From Anaeromyxobacter sp. (GTDB lineage: Bacteria; Myxococcota; Myxococcia; Myxococcales; Anaeromyxobacteraceae): DNA of 64,000 nucleotides. The number at the start of each line of letters is the position of its first letter. The first letter of the stretch is position 1. Positions 1 to 12,472 of the stretch are shown piece after piece. The stretch lies in assembly GCA_049840735.1 (NCBI GenBank), contig JASGJN010000013.1:576001-640000 (forward strand), written 5' to 3'. Under the pieces are notes generated by a model. It saw only the letters and a program-made list of their open reading frames with translations. It was not told where the DNA came from and did not search any database. Position numbers and translations under genes: made by a program.

Positions 1-1026
1 GCGCTGCTGGCGCTGGGGCGGGGCGCGCCGGCGAGCGCCGACGAGGCCAGGGGCCTGCGGGAGCGCGCCTGTGCGGCGGGGGTGGCGCAGGCCTGCGAGG
101 CGCTCGGGACGGCTGCGCCGGAGGGGGCCGCGCGCCACCCGCTGGCGCTGGACGCCTCCGGCGCGCCGCCTGGCACCTGGCCGCCGGCGAAGGCGTCCTC
201 CCACGACGACCAGATCGGGAAGGTGTTCGCCGACGTCTACGCCGCCTCCCGCCTGCTGGCGCTGCAGGCAGTCCCGGCCGAGCTGCGGCCGGCGCTTGGG
301 ATCGCGGATCCCCGGGCCTGGGCCTATCAGCCCACGGGCGCCGTCGAGTGGAAGGTCTCCGAGCTGGCGCTGGCCGCCTGGAACCGCGGGCTCGCGGGGT
401 GCGCCGACGCGGCGGGCAAGAGGCGGGCCCTCGTGGCCTGGCTCTCCTTCAAGGCCGGGCCGGGGGGAGAGGTGGAGGGCCTCCGCGTGGTCGGGGACGA
501 CCTGCAGCCGGAGGTGGAGGCCTGCCTCCGGGCCGCGGCCGAGGGCTGGGACGTGCGCGGCCTGGTCCGTCCCGGGAGCCAGTACCTGGTCCTCGCGCCG
601 GTGGTGCCGGGCGACGTGCTGCCGGTCGAGGCGGAGCCGCCGGCTGACGCGAGCCCGCCGGCGGCCGCTGCCGGGTCGGCGCCTCCGCCGGCGGAGGCCG
701 CCGGCCGCGCCGCGACGGGCTCCCCTCCGGACGAGCCGAACTGGGTGAAGGAGGGCTACGTGCCTCCGCGCCTCGCTGACCCGCGCTGCGTGGTCTCCTC
801 CATCCGGTTCCCGGAAGGCCTGCCCCCACCCGCCAGCAGGGTGGGCGTCCGGTTCGCGGTGGGGACCGACGGCACCGTCTCGCGTTTCCGGATGCTCTCG
901 CCGGTCACGGCCCCGGTGGCCAACATCCTGCGCCGGGCCGTGACCGGCTGCGCCTGGCTGCCCGGGAAGGACGCCGAGGGGAACGAGGTCGCGATGTGGG
1001 CGATCCTGCCCTTCCGCTTCAAGTGA
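1..1026 (+). CDS. Sel1-like repeat / TonB C-terminal-like domain protein, 5' end outside window
   Basis: Frame open from base 1 (GRGAPASADEARGLRERACAAGVAQACEALG, Sel1-like); Pro/Ala linker; C-terminal VGVRFAVGTDGTVS...WLPGKDAEGNEVAMWAILPFRFK is TonB_C-like. Confidence 0.6.
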   Translation, partial: ALLALGRGAPASADEARGLRERACAAGVAQACEALGTAAPEGAARHPLALDASGAPPGTWPPAKASSHDDQIGKVFADVYAASRLLALQAVPAELRPALGIADPRAWAYQPTGAVEWKVSELALAAWNRGLAGCADAAGKRRALVAWLSFKAGPGGEVEGLRVVGDDLQPEVEACLRAAAEGWDVRGLVRPGSQYLVLAPVVPGDVLPVEAEPPADASPPAAAAGSAPPPAEAAGRAATGSPPDEPNWVKEGYVPPRLADPRCVVSSIRFPEGLPPPASRVGVRFAVGTDGTVSRFRMLSPVTAPVANILRRAVTGCAWLPGKDAEGNEVAMWAILPFRFK

Positions 1027-1079
1027 CGTCAGGGCGGGGATCGGACGGTCGGGGCTGGAGCGCGAGGTCACCCGCCCCG

Positions 1080-2715
1080 CTACTCCGCCTTCTCCCCCGG
1101 CAGCGGCTTCACCCGGAGCGCCTCCCCGCCCTCCTCCGCCATGCGGCGGCGCCAGGCCTCCGGGTAGTGCGGGTGCGTGACCTTGCCCTGCGCGTCGCGC
1201 ACGTTGCCGTCGAGGTACTTCACCATCAGCGCCTCGGAGAGCTTGCGCCACCGGGTCACGGTGCGCTCGCCCTGCTCCGCCGAGTAGCGGGTGAGGTAGT
1301 CGCGGGCCAGCGCCGGCGACTGCTTCCAGAGCGCCAGCGCCGCCTGCTCCACCTCCGGCTGGCGGGCCAGGAAATCGCCCTCCAGCTCGCGCTGCGCCTG
1401 CTGGACGTCGCCGATCATGTCGGCCCAGCGGGTGTAGGTCCAGTTGGAGACCACGTTGAACGTCCAGAAGGCCGAGTCCCAGCTGAAGGTCTCGAAGTCG
1501 GCGGTGCCCACGGCGTAGGGGCGCGGCACCGCCAGGTTGGCGCAGTACTGCGGCGTGTAGACGGTGGTGAAGGTGTCGTCCACGCCGAACCAGAGCACGC
1601 CGCCGATGGGCGACGGGAGGCCGGCCCGCGCCTGCGCCACAAGCGAGTAGCCGGTCTGCTGCGTGGAGATGGCCCGCTCGTTCAGGTACTTCTTCCCGTC
1701 CGCATCCCAGGTCATGGGGCGCCAGCGGTAGGGCAGCGCGAACGGCCCCGCGCCCACGCCCTTCGAGAGGTCGAACTCGGTCCCCTCGAAGTGATCGCGC
1801 ATCAGCGCCATGACGTCGCGCGTGCCCAGCGGCTTCTCCGCCTTGACCCAGAGCGGCAGGCGCGGCGCGTCGGGCTCGCCGCGGACCATCGAGGCGGGGA
1901 GCGCCTGCGCGGGCGCCACGCGGCGGAAGATCGACCAGACGCGGGCCTCGCAGGCGCGGAGCGCGCTGAAGTCGAGCGGGTTGTAGGTGTCGGAGAAGCT
2001 GAACTCGGCGTCCTTGCCGCTGAACCAGCCCTTCTCGCGCGCGAAGCCGATCACGTCCGGCGCGTAGAGGGTGGTCTTCGCGTCGTCGAGCGGGAACTGG
2101 CGGATCCGGGCGTGGTTGGCGTGGGCGGTGACGAAGCCGTCCGGCACGCGCCTGGCCACCCAGACCGCGCCCTTGCGCCCCGGCCCCTTGCCGATCATCT
2201 CCAGCAGCCAGGCCTCGTTCGGATCGGTGATGGAGAAGGACTCGCCGGTGGAGGCGTAGCCGTGCTCGGCCACCAGCTTCGTCATCACCTGCACCGCCTC
2301 GCGGGCGGTGCGCGAGCGCTCCAGCGCGATCCAGAATCAGGCTGCCGTAGTCGATGAGCCCCTGCGGATCGCGCAGCTCCTCCCGGCCGGTGAAGGTGCT
2401 CTCGGCGATGGCCAGCTGGTGCTCGTTCATGTTGCCGAGCACGGCGTAGGTGACCGGCGCCTGCGGGATCTCGCCCAGCCGCTTGCCGGTGTCCCACTCG
2501 ATGATCTGGCGCATGGCGCCGGGCGGGTGGACGCCGGCCGGGGTGCGGTACAGCTCGCCGTAGAGCTCGTGCGAGTCGGCGGCGTAGGTCAGGTAGGTGG
2601 CGCCCTCGGCGCCGGCGCCCTTCGCCACCATCAGGCTGGTGCAGGCGGCGGCGGGGCGCGGGACAGCGAGCGGGAGGGCGGCGGCGACGAGCAGCAGGGC
2701 GAGCGGACGGTTCAC
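1080..2715 (-). CDS. C69 family dipeptidase with signal peptide; one frameshift near 2335
   Basis: GTG 2715 gives MNRPLALLLVAAA...AAA/CTSLMVAKGA (N-terminal nucleophile Cys), NEHQLAIAESTF; continues in ORF 1080..2294 (GESFSITDPNEAWLLEMIG, ERAISTQQT). Confidence 0.85.
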
Positions 2716-2783
2716 GGTGGAGCACCATACCCGGACCAGCCGCCCGCCGCCAAAGGGTGAGCAAAAGACGCACGCTTGGTACG

Positions 2784-3371
2784 TCAATACGGCGGCAGCA
2801 CCGAGAGGAGCACCAGCTCCAGCTGTGGCGAGGGGGCGGCGAAGGCGGCCGGACCGGTCACCTTCACCTCGGCGCGGGGCGCGGACGGGGAGGCGCCGCC
2901 GCCCGGCATCACCGGGATGTTCGGGCACCCCCAGAAGCCCTTGTACCCGCCCCCGCCGACCGGGATGAAGTCGAACTGGCAGCGGCGCCCGTCACTCCAG
3001 CCGCCCATGCCCTTCGCCGAGAGGGTCAGCTCCACCGGCTTGCCGGCGACCTGGCCCTCGATGGACACGAGCTCCGGGCGCCGCGTCACCGCCACGTCCA
3101 GGCCGGGACCGGCGATCCGCTCGGCCGTCACCTGGAGGGCGCCCTCCGCGCCCCCGAAGGTGCCCGTCCAGCGGCCGTCCGGACCCCTGGTCAGGTTGAC
3201 GCCCCTGGCCACGATGCGGTCGCTGGAGTAGGCCGCCTCCTTGTCACCCTTCTGATCGGTGCTGACGTGGATGCTGCCCTCCGGCTGGAAGTCCATCACC
3301 GGCGGGGGCGGGAGGGGGGCGCAGGCGGCCAGCGTCACTGCAGCCAGGACGAGGTACGGGCGAGCGGGCAT
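2784..3371 (-). CDS. Hypothetical lipoprotein
   Basis: MPARPYLVLAAVTLAAC lipobox; typical codon bias. Confidence 0.6.
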   Translation of the reverse strand: MPARPYLVLAAVTLAACAPLPPPPVMDFQPEGSIHVSTDQKGDKEAAYSSDRIVARGVNLTRGPDGRWTGTFGGAEGALQVTAERIAGPGLDVAVTRRPELVSIEGQVAGKPVELTLSAKGMGGWSDGRRCQFDFIPVGGGGYKGFWGCPNIPVMPGGGASPSAPRAEVKVTGPAAFAAPSPQLELVLLSVLPPY

Positions 3372-3483
3372 GGACCCAATCCTACGCCTGCCGGTCGACG
3401 GGCGAAGCCCACGCCCCTGCTGCGTCGCCGCACCGCGTCCTCGGATGCGCCACCCGTCCCCCATCCGTTTAGAATGTCTCTCC

Positions 3484-3810
3484 ATGGCAGAACGTCCCCG
3501 CACAGGCGGCGATACCGCCGTCACCGTCCCCAGGACGCGGTCGGAGCGGGAGACCAGGCGCCCCCCGCTCTACAAGGTGCTCCTGCACAACGACGACTTC
3601 ACGACCCAGGAGTTCGTGGACTGGGTCCTCATCAGCGTCTTCAACCACGACCCGGAGAGCGCGCACCGCATCATGCTGCACGTTCACATGCACGGCGTCG
3701 GTGTCGCCGGTATCTATCCATTCGAGATCGCCGAGACCAAGGCGAAGAAGACCATGGAGCTGGCCCAGGAGGCCGAGTACCCGCTCCTGGTGACAATCGA
3801 GCCGGAGTAG
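3484..3810 (+). CDS. clpS: ATP-dependent Clp protease adaptor ClpS
   Basis: PPLYKVLLHNDDFTTQEFV...IMLHVHMHG...EYPL; directly upstream of clpA. Confidence 0.95.
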   Translation: MAERPRTGGDTAVTVPRTRSERETRRPPLYKVLLHNDDFTTQEFVDWVLISVFNHDPESAHRIMLHVHMHGVGVAGIYPFEIAETKAKKTMELAQEAEYPLLVTIEPE

Positions 3811-3812
3811 CG

Positions 3813-6107
<2,295 letters not shown>

Positions 6108-6192
6108 CGAGGCCCACTCGCAGGGTGGGGCCCGGCGGCTCCGCCGACGGGAGCGAAGCTGCGCACGGACAACCATTGGGCGTGGATCGCGG

Positions 6193-6242
6193 CCGTCCGC
6201 CCTGAGCGTAGCTCGCCCGCAGGGCGAGCGGAGTCGAAGGGC
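6193..6242. repeat. REP-like palindromic element, long class
   Basis: CGCCCTGAGCGTA-gctcgcccgcagggcgagc-GGAGTCGAAGGGC; same frame as copies at 21.4, 36.9, 37.0 and 52.4 kb. Confidence 0.85.
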
Positions 6243-6243
6243 G

Positions 6244-6282
6244 AAAGACAGAACCCCCGCCGTCCCTGGTCGGCGGGGGTTC
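6244..6282 (-). terminator. Intrinsic terminator-like hairpin
   Basis: Perfect 12-bp stem GAACCCCCGCCG/CGGCGGGGGTTC followed by TGTCTTT on the minus strand. Confidence 0.7.
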
Positions 6283-6492
6283 CTGGACCTGCGGGAGCGA
6301 ATACTCGCGCTCGGCCGTGGAGCCAAGGTAGCAAACCGTGCGTGAAGTGGAACCCGCGCGGCTCCAAGCCGCACGCCCGCACGGAGCGTGACTGGGAAAT
6401 CACCGCGACCCTGCGTCCATGACGCAGCGAGGCGCCCCCTCTCGGAGGCGCCTCGACCGCACCCGCGCGCAGCGTAAACGGGAATTTCGGCG
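6244..6492 (-). ncRNA. Candidate structured non-coding RNA or long hsp20 3' UTR
   Basis: Consecutive hairpins, including a 12-bp stem with a U-G pair and GAGA tetraloop, a long interrupted stem and a terminator; no credible ORF. Confidence 0.35.
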
Positions 6493-6924
6493 CTACTTCA
6501 CCTGGACGTTGATGGTGCGCGCCCGCACCTCGGACCGCTTGGGCAGCTCCACCGTCAGCACGCCGTGCTCGAACTTCGCCTCCACCCGCTCGGCGTCCAC
6601 GCCGCGCGGCAGCGCGAACGAGCGGAAGAACGTGCCGAAGGCGCGCTCGCTGCGGTGCACGGTCTCGCCCTGCACCGCGACCGGCTGCTTCCGGTCGGCC
6701 TGCACCGTGAGCACGTCCTTCTCGACCTGGAGCCGGATGGCCGCCGGGTCGATGCCCGGCAGGTCCAGCACCACGCGGTAGGCGGCCTCGGTCTCGACCA
6801 CGTCGGCGGCCGGGGCCAGCCCGCCGCTCCACGCGGCCTGGCCAGCGGCGAGGCCGTTCATCATCCGGTCCATCTCGGCGCCCAGGGCGGCCAGGGCGCG
6901 ATCGGTGTTCCTGAACGTCAGCAT
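6493..6924 (-). CDS. Hsp20/alpha-crystallin small heat shock protein
   Basis: PAADVVETE, DLPGID, ERAFGTFFRSFALP, AKFEHGVLTVELPK; AAGGAG RBS before ATG 6924. Confidence 0.95.
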   Translation of the reverse strand: MLTFRNTDRALAALGAEMDRMMNGLAAGQAAWSGGLAPAADVVETEAAYRVVLDLPGIDPAAIRLQVEKDVLTVQADRKQPVAVQGETVHRSERAFGTFFRSFALPRGVDAERVEAKFEHGVLTVELPKRSEVRARTINVQVK

Positions 6925-6982
6925 GTGGCTCTCCTTCGCGCGGACGCAGGTGCGCCGCGCCATCATGGGTTTGTCGAAGTCC

Positions 6983-7015
6983 CCGCTCGTGGTTCGACAG
7001 GCTCACCACGAGCGG
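6983..7015. repeat. REP-like palindrome, short class
   Basis: CCGCTCGTGG-TTCGACAGGCTCA-CCACGAGCGG; inverted relative at 27472-27506. Confidence 0.8.
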
Positions 7016-7070
7016 ATGGCCCGGGCGCAGCCGGCGGGGCTCCTGTCACCGGTTGCTGCCCACAGCGTCT

Positions 7071-7098
7071 ACGTAAGGCGTCAATCGAGGCCGTCAAG
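7071..7098 (-). promoter_or_regulatory. Possible sigma32-like heat-shock promoter of hsp20
   Basis: Minus strand CTTGAC-N14-CCTTACGT resembles the RpoH consensus CTTGAA-N13-15-CCCCATNT. Confidence 0.35.
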
Positions 7099-7166
7099 CG
7101 GCGGCGCAAACGCTGGAGCCCACTGGAAATCCCCTCCCGTCTCCCGGCTGGGTTACAACCGCTCCC

Positions 7167-9745
7167 GTGCAGCAGCTGCCCATCGACCCGCTCCTCCCCG
7201 AGGTGACCGAGGCGCTCCGCACCGGCTCCTCGCTGGTGATCGAGGCGCCCCCAGGCGCCGGCAAGACCACCCGCGTCCCGCTGGCGCTCCACCGCGCCGG
7301 GGTCGCGGGCGAGGTGGTGGTGCTGGAGCCGCGCCGCCTGGCGGCCCGGCTGGCGGCGCGCCGGGTGGCCGAGGAGCTGGGGGAGCGCCCCGGTGAGACG
7401 GTCGGCTACCAAGTGCGCTTCGAGGAGGTGGCCGGCCCGCGCACCCGCATCCGCTACGTGACCGAGGGGCTGCTCACGCGGCGGCTGCTCTCCGAGCCCA
7501 CCCTGCCCGGCGTGGGCGCGGTGGTGCTGGACGAGTTCCACGAGCGCCACCTGGCGGGCGACCTGGCCCTGGCCTTCCTGCGCCGCCTGCAGCGCACGGC
7601 CCGCCCGGACCTGAAGCTGGTGGCCATGTCGGCCACGCTCGACGCCGGCCCGGTGGCGCGCTTCCTGGAGGCGCCCTCGCTCCGCTCGGAGGGGCGCCGC
7701 TTCGAGGTGGCGGTCGAGCACCTCTCGCCGGAGGAGGCAGCGGACGCCGCCGTGCGGCTCGAGGAGCGCGTGGCGCGCGCGGTGCGGCGCGTGCACCGCG
7801 AGGCGGCGGGCGCGGCCGGCCACGTGCTGGTGTTCCTGCCCGGCGCCGCCGAGATCCGGCGCGCGCGCGAGGCGCTGGCGGGCTGGGCCGAGCAGGCCGG
7901 CGTGGAGGTGCTGCCGCTGCACGGCGACCTGCCGCCGGACGAGCAGGACCGGGCCGTCCGCCCGGGCGGGCGCCCCCGGGTGATCCTCTCCACCAACGTG
8001 GCCGAGACCTCGGTCACCATTGAGGGCGTGACGGCGGTGGTGGACGCCGGGCTGGCGCGGGTGGCCTCCCACTCGCCCTGGAGCGGCCTGCCCACGCTGG
8101 AGCTGAAGAAGGTGAGCCGAGCTTCGGCCGCCCAGCGCGCCGGCCGCGCCGGGCGCACCGGGCCGGGCCGTGCGCTGCGGCTCTACACGCGCCATGACCA
8201 CGACACGCGCCCCGAGTTCGATGCCCCCGAGGTGCTGCGCGAGGATCTCTCCGAGGCGCTGCTGGCGCTGGCCGGGCTGGGCGTGCTGGACGGCTTCGGC
8301 TGGTTCGAGCCGCCGCCGGCGCCGGCGCTGGAGGCCGGCCGGACCCTGCTGGCGCGGCTGGGCGCCATCGACCCGGCCGGCGCGCTCACCAAGGTGGGCC
8401 GGCGCATGCTGGCCTTCCCGGCCCACCCGCGCCAGGCGCGGCTGCTGGTGGAGGCGGCGGACCGCGGCGCGGCCGAGGGCGGGGCGCTGCTGGCGGCGCT
8501 GCTGGGCGAGCGTGACCTGCGCGACCGGCGCGCGCTCGACGGCGCGGCGCTGCCGGCCACCGGCCCCTCCGACCTGCTGGAGCTGGCCCACGTGTTCCAG
8601 GAGGCCTCCCGCGCCCGCTTCGACGCCGACCGGCTGCGCCGCATGGGCGTGAGCCCGGGCGCGGCGCAGGCGGTGGACCGCAGCCGCCGGCAGCTGGCCC
8701 GGCTGGCGGGGCGCGGAGCGCGGGCGGCGGCGGGCGGCGCGGCGGAGGAGCAGGCGCTGCTGGCGGCCACGCTGGCGGCCTACCCGGACCGCGTGGCGCG
8801 GCGGCGCGCGCCGGGCTTGGACGAGGTGGTGCTGGTGGGCGGCGGCAGCGCGCGGCTCGAATCCGGCCAGCGTGGTGCGCGAGGCGCCGCTGCTGGTGGC
8901 GCTCGACGCGGAGGAGCGGCGCGGCGAGCGGCGGCCGCCGGGCGCGCCCATCGCCCGCGGCGGCGAGGTGCGGGTGCGGCTGGCCAGCGAGGTGACGCAG
9001 GAGCTGCTGCTCGACCTCTTCCCGGAGGCGCTGCGCTACGAGAACCGCGGTGGGCTGGAACGCCGCCGCCGAGCGGGTGGAGGCCACCGAGCAGCTCCTG
9101 TACGGCGACCTGGTGCTGGAGGAGAGCCGCGCGGCCCGGCCGGACGCGGAGCGGGTCTCGGCGCGGCTGGCGGAGGAGGCCCTGGCCCGCGGGGCCCGCG
9201 CCTTCGCGCCGGACGGCGCGCTGGACCGGCTGCTGGCGCGGCTGGCCTTCGTGGCCCAGCACGCGCCCGAGCTGGGGCTGCAGCCGCCCGGCGAGGCGGC
9301 GCTGGCGGCGGCGCTGCGCGCGGCGGCGGAGGGGCGGCGCTCGTTCGCCGAGCTGCGCGACGCCGACCTCCCCGGCGCGCTGCTCTCCACGCTCGACCCG
9401 CGGGCGCGCGCCGCGCTGGAGCGGCTGGCCCCGGAGCGGCTCACGCTGCCGGGCGGCCGCAGCGCGCGCATCGAGTACGAGGCGGGCCGGCCGCCCTGGC
9501 TGGAGAGCCGGCTGCAGGACTTCTTCGGGATGGCGCAGGGGCCGGCCGTGGCCGGCGGCCGGGTCCCGCTGGTGCTGCACCTGCTGGCGCCCAACGGTCG
9601 CGCGCAGCAGGTGACCACCGACCTGGCCGGCTTCTGGGACCGCCACTACCCCGCCATCCGCCGCGAGCTGTGCCGGCGCTACCCGCGCCACGCCTGGCCG
9701 GAGGACCCGCGTACCGCGCAACCTCCGCCGGTGAAGCGGCGCTGA
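7167..9745 (+). CDS. hrpB: ATP-dependent helicase HrpB; frameshifts near 8860 and 9045
   Basis: [25 protein letters not shown]-terminal VTTDLAGFW...[12 protein letters not shown] in ORF 9050..9745. Confidence 0.92.
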
Positions 9746-9807
9746 GCCGAGACAGGCGGCCTCCCGCCCGTTAGGGATCCTGGGCGCCACCTGCCCGGAG
9801 CCCGACC

Positions 9808-10263
9808 ATGCGTCCCCTGCTCGCCCTGGCCGCCTGCCTCGCCCTCGCGCTCGAGCCGCGCGCCTCGCCGGCCACGCTCGCGCCGGCCAGCGCCGCCGCT
9901 GCGCCGGCTGCCCCCGCTCCGGCCGCCCCGCCCGGCATGGAGGCGGTCCAGCTGGTGCTGCTGCTCCGGCCGGAGGGCTGGAAGCCGCTGCCCGACGCCG
10001 AGGCCCAGGCCATCCAGGCGCAGCACCTCGCGCACCTCCAGAAGATGGGCGCCGCGGGCAAGCTGCTGGTCGCCGGCCCCTTCGACGACCAGCGCGACCC
10101 GGTGTACCGCGGCGCGTGCATCTACCGCGTCGGCTCGGTGGAGGAGGCCCGCGCCCTGGCCGAGCAGGACCCGGCCGTCCGCGCAGGACGGCTCCGGGTC
10201 GAGGTCCTGACCTGGTGGACGGAGAAGGGCTACATGACCTTCCCCAGGGCGCCGGCCCCGTAG
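9808..10263 (+). CDS. Secreted YciI family protein
   Basis: Signal peptide; HLAHL...GKLLVAGPF...AEQDPAVRAG. Confidence 0.8.
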   Translation: MRPLLALAACLALALEPRASPATLAPASAAAAPAAPAPAAPPGMEAVQLVLLLRPEGWKPLPDAEAQAIQAQHLAHLQKMGAAGKLLVAGPFDDQRDPVYRGACIYRVGSVEEARALAEQDPAVRAGRLRVEVLTWWTEKGYMTFPRAPAP

Positions 10264-10278
10264 CCGGTCACCCGCAGC

Positions 10279-12246
10279 TTGCCCGGCACGCCCCTGCGTG
10301 CCGACCGTTCCGGCGTGGCCCGCCGCAACGGAACCATCCCGCCGTATCGCGCCCAGCTGGCGACGCTGGTCGAGGTGCCGCCGGAGGGGCCGGGCTGGGT
10401 GCACGAGGTGAAGTACGACGGCTACCGCATCGGCTGCGCCGTCGAGCGGGGCCGGGCCACGCTCTGGAGCCGGAACGGGAAGGACTGGACCGCGGCCTTC
10501 CCGGAGGTGGCGCGCGCCGCGCAGCAGCTGCCGGTCTCCGCGACGCTGCTCGACGGAGAGGTGGCCATGGTCCTGCCCGGCGGGCGGACCAGCTTCCAGG
10601 CGCTCCAGCAGCGGGGGGGCGGCCGCGCCGCGCTGGCCTACTTCGTCTTCGACCTGCTCCACCTCGACGGCGAGGACCTGGCCGGCCTGCCGCTCACCGA
10701 GCGGAAGGCGCGCCTGGAGCGGCTGCTGGCGCGGCGCGGCGGCGACGTGCTCCGCTATGCCCCCCACGCCGGCGGGAGCGGCGCGGCGGCGCTGAGGGCC
10801 GCCTGCAGCGCCGGGCTGGAGGGGATCGTCTCCAAGCGCGCCGACGGCCGCCACCAGCCCGGGCGCGGGGCCACCTGGACCAAGGCCAAGTGCGTGGCCC
10901 GCCAGGAGCTGGTGATCGGAGGCTTCACCGAGCCGGCCGGCTCGCGCGAGGGGATCGGCGCGCTGCTGGTGGGCCTGCACCAGGACGGCGCGCTCCGCTT
11001 CGCCGGGAAGGTCGGCACCGGCTTCACCCGCGAGGTGGCCCGGGACCTGCGGGCGCGGCTGGAGCCGCTCCGGCGCCCCGCCCCGCCTTTCGCGCCCGCG
11101 CCGCGGGGCGGGCTGGCGCGCGCGGCGCGCTGGGTGGAGCCGGTGCTGGTGGCCGAGGTCCAGTTCACCGAGTGGACCGCGGACGGCAAGGTGCGCCACC
11201 CGTCGTTCCTCGGGCTGCGCACCGACAAGCCGGCGGGCGAGGTGGTGCGCGAGGGGCGCCCGGCGGCGACCGCACCGCCGCCGACGCCGGCCCGACCGCG
11301 GCGCGGCCAGCGCAGCCGCGCGGAGCAGCCGGCGGTGGTGGCCGGCGTGCGCATCTCCAGCCCGGACCGCGTGATCTTCCCCGAACCGGGGATCACCAAG
11401 CGCGACCTGGCCCGCTACTACGAGGCGGTCTCCGGCGCGATGGTCCCGCACCTGGCCGGCCGGCCGCTCACGCTGGTGCAGTGCCCGACCGGCCTGGCCG
11501 GCGGGTGCCGCTACCTGCGCCACGCACGCGCCTGGGCGCCGGCGCCGGTGCGGCGGGTCCGGATCCGCGAGAAGCGGAAGATGGGCGAGTACCTGGTGGT
11601 GGACGGCGCCGCCGCGCTGGTGACGCTGGCGCAGCTGGACGTGGTGGAGCTGCACACCTGGAACGCCACCGCCGACCGGCTGGAGCTGCCGGACCGGCTG
11701 GTGATCGATCTCGACCCCGGCCCGGAGGTCCCCTTCAGCGAGGTGATGGCGGCGGCCCGGCTGGTGCGCGGGGCGCTGGGCGCGCTGGGGCTGGCCGCCT
11801 TCGTGAAGACCACCGGCGGCAGCGGGCTGCACCTGGTGGTGCCGCTCCTGCCGGTGCTGGGCTGGGACGCCTGCCTGTCCTTCGCGCGCGGCCTCTGCGC
11901 CACCGTCGCGCGCCACGCGCCGCGGGTCTTCACCGTGGCCTTCGCGCGGCGCGGGCGGGAGCGGAAGATCCTGCTCGACTACCTCCGGAACAGCCGCGCC
12001 AGCACCTCGGTGGCCGCCTTCTCGGCGCGGGTCCGGGCGGACGCCACCGTCTCGGTGCCGCTGGCCTGGGACGAGCTCACGCGCGCGCTGCGCCCCGACC
12101 GCTTCACGGTGCGCAGCGTGCCGCGCCGGCTGGCGGCCCTGCGCGCCGACCCCTGGGCCGGCTACCGGGCCGCCGCCCGGGCGCTGGACGTGGCGCGGCT
12201 GGCGGCGGTGGGCGCCCACCCGCTGGCGGCGGAGACCGGCGCGTGA
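10279..12246 (+). CDS. ligD: DNA ligase D (ligase + polymerase domains, no phosphoesterase domain)
   Basis: EVKYDGYR, EGIVSK, WTKAK, GKVGTGF; primase-polymerase PDRLVIDLDPG, KTTGGSGLHL, LDYLRN. Confidence 0.92.
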   Translation: MPGTPLRADRSGVARRNGTIPPYRAQLATLVEVPPEGPGWVHEVKYDGYRIGCAVERGRATLWSRNGKDWTAAFPEVARAAQQLPVSATLLDGEVAMVLPGGRTSFQALQQRGGGRAALAYFVFDLLHLDGEDLAGLPLTERKARLERLLARRGGDVLRYAPHAGGSGAAALRAACSAGLEGIVSKRADGRHQPGRGATWTKAKCVARQELVIGGFTEPAGSREGIGALLVGLHQDGALRFAGKVGTGFTREVARDLRARLEPLRRPAPPFAPAPRGGLARAARWVEPVLVAEVQFTEWTADGKVRHPSFLGLRTDKPAGEVVREGRPAATAPPPTPARPRRGQRSRAEQPAVVAGVRISSPDRVIFPEPGITKRDLARYYEAVSGAMVPHLAGRPLTLVQCPTGLAGGCRYLRHARAWAPAPVRRVRIREKRKMGEYLVVDGAAALVTLAQLDVVELHTWNATADRLELPDRLVIDLDPGPEVPFSEVMAAARLVRGALGALGLAAFVKTTGGSGLHLVVPLLPVLGWDACLSFARGLCATVARHAPRVFTVAFARRGRERKILLDYLRNSRASTSVAAFSARVRADATVSVPLAWDELTRALRPDRFTVRSVPRRLAALRADPWAGYRAAARALDVARLAAVGAHPLAAETGA

Positions 12247-12359
12247 GCCTCCGCATCGTCTGCTTCAACAACGACCTGGGCGGCCACGCGGTGCACGACG
12301 CGCGCACCCTGCTGACGCTCACGCGCAGTCCGCGTACCGGGCTCGCGGGACACGCCTGA
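12243..12359 (+). pseudogene. Internally deleted DUF72-like remnant
   Basis: GTGA overlap with ligD stop; MSLRI joined to VCFNNDLGGHAVHDARTL, resembling the DUF72 N- and C-termini. Confidence 0.55.
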
Positions 12360-12472
12360 GCGCGCCGATATCGAGGCGCGCGGGTGGGCGTCGCTCGCAC
12401 CGGCTCGATCCCTTTACACGCGCCCGGCGGCGGTGCTGCAATGCGATCACAACCGCAACTGGAGAACATGAG

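Noticed and set aside
6290..6385. SRP RNA, 6S RNA or tRNA
   Set aside because: No SRP CAGG-GNRA-AGCA domain, no cloverleaf or T-loop, and no convincing 6S central bubble; kept only as an unassigned candidate
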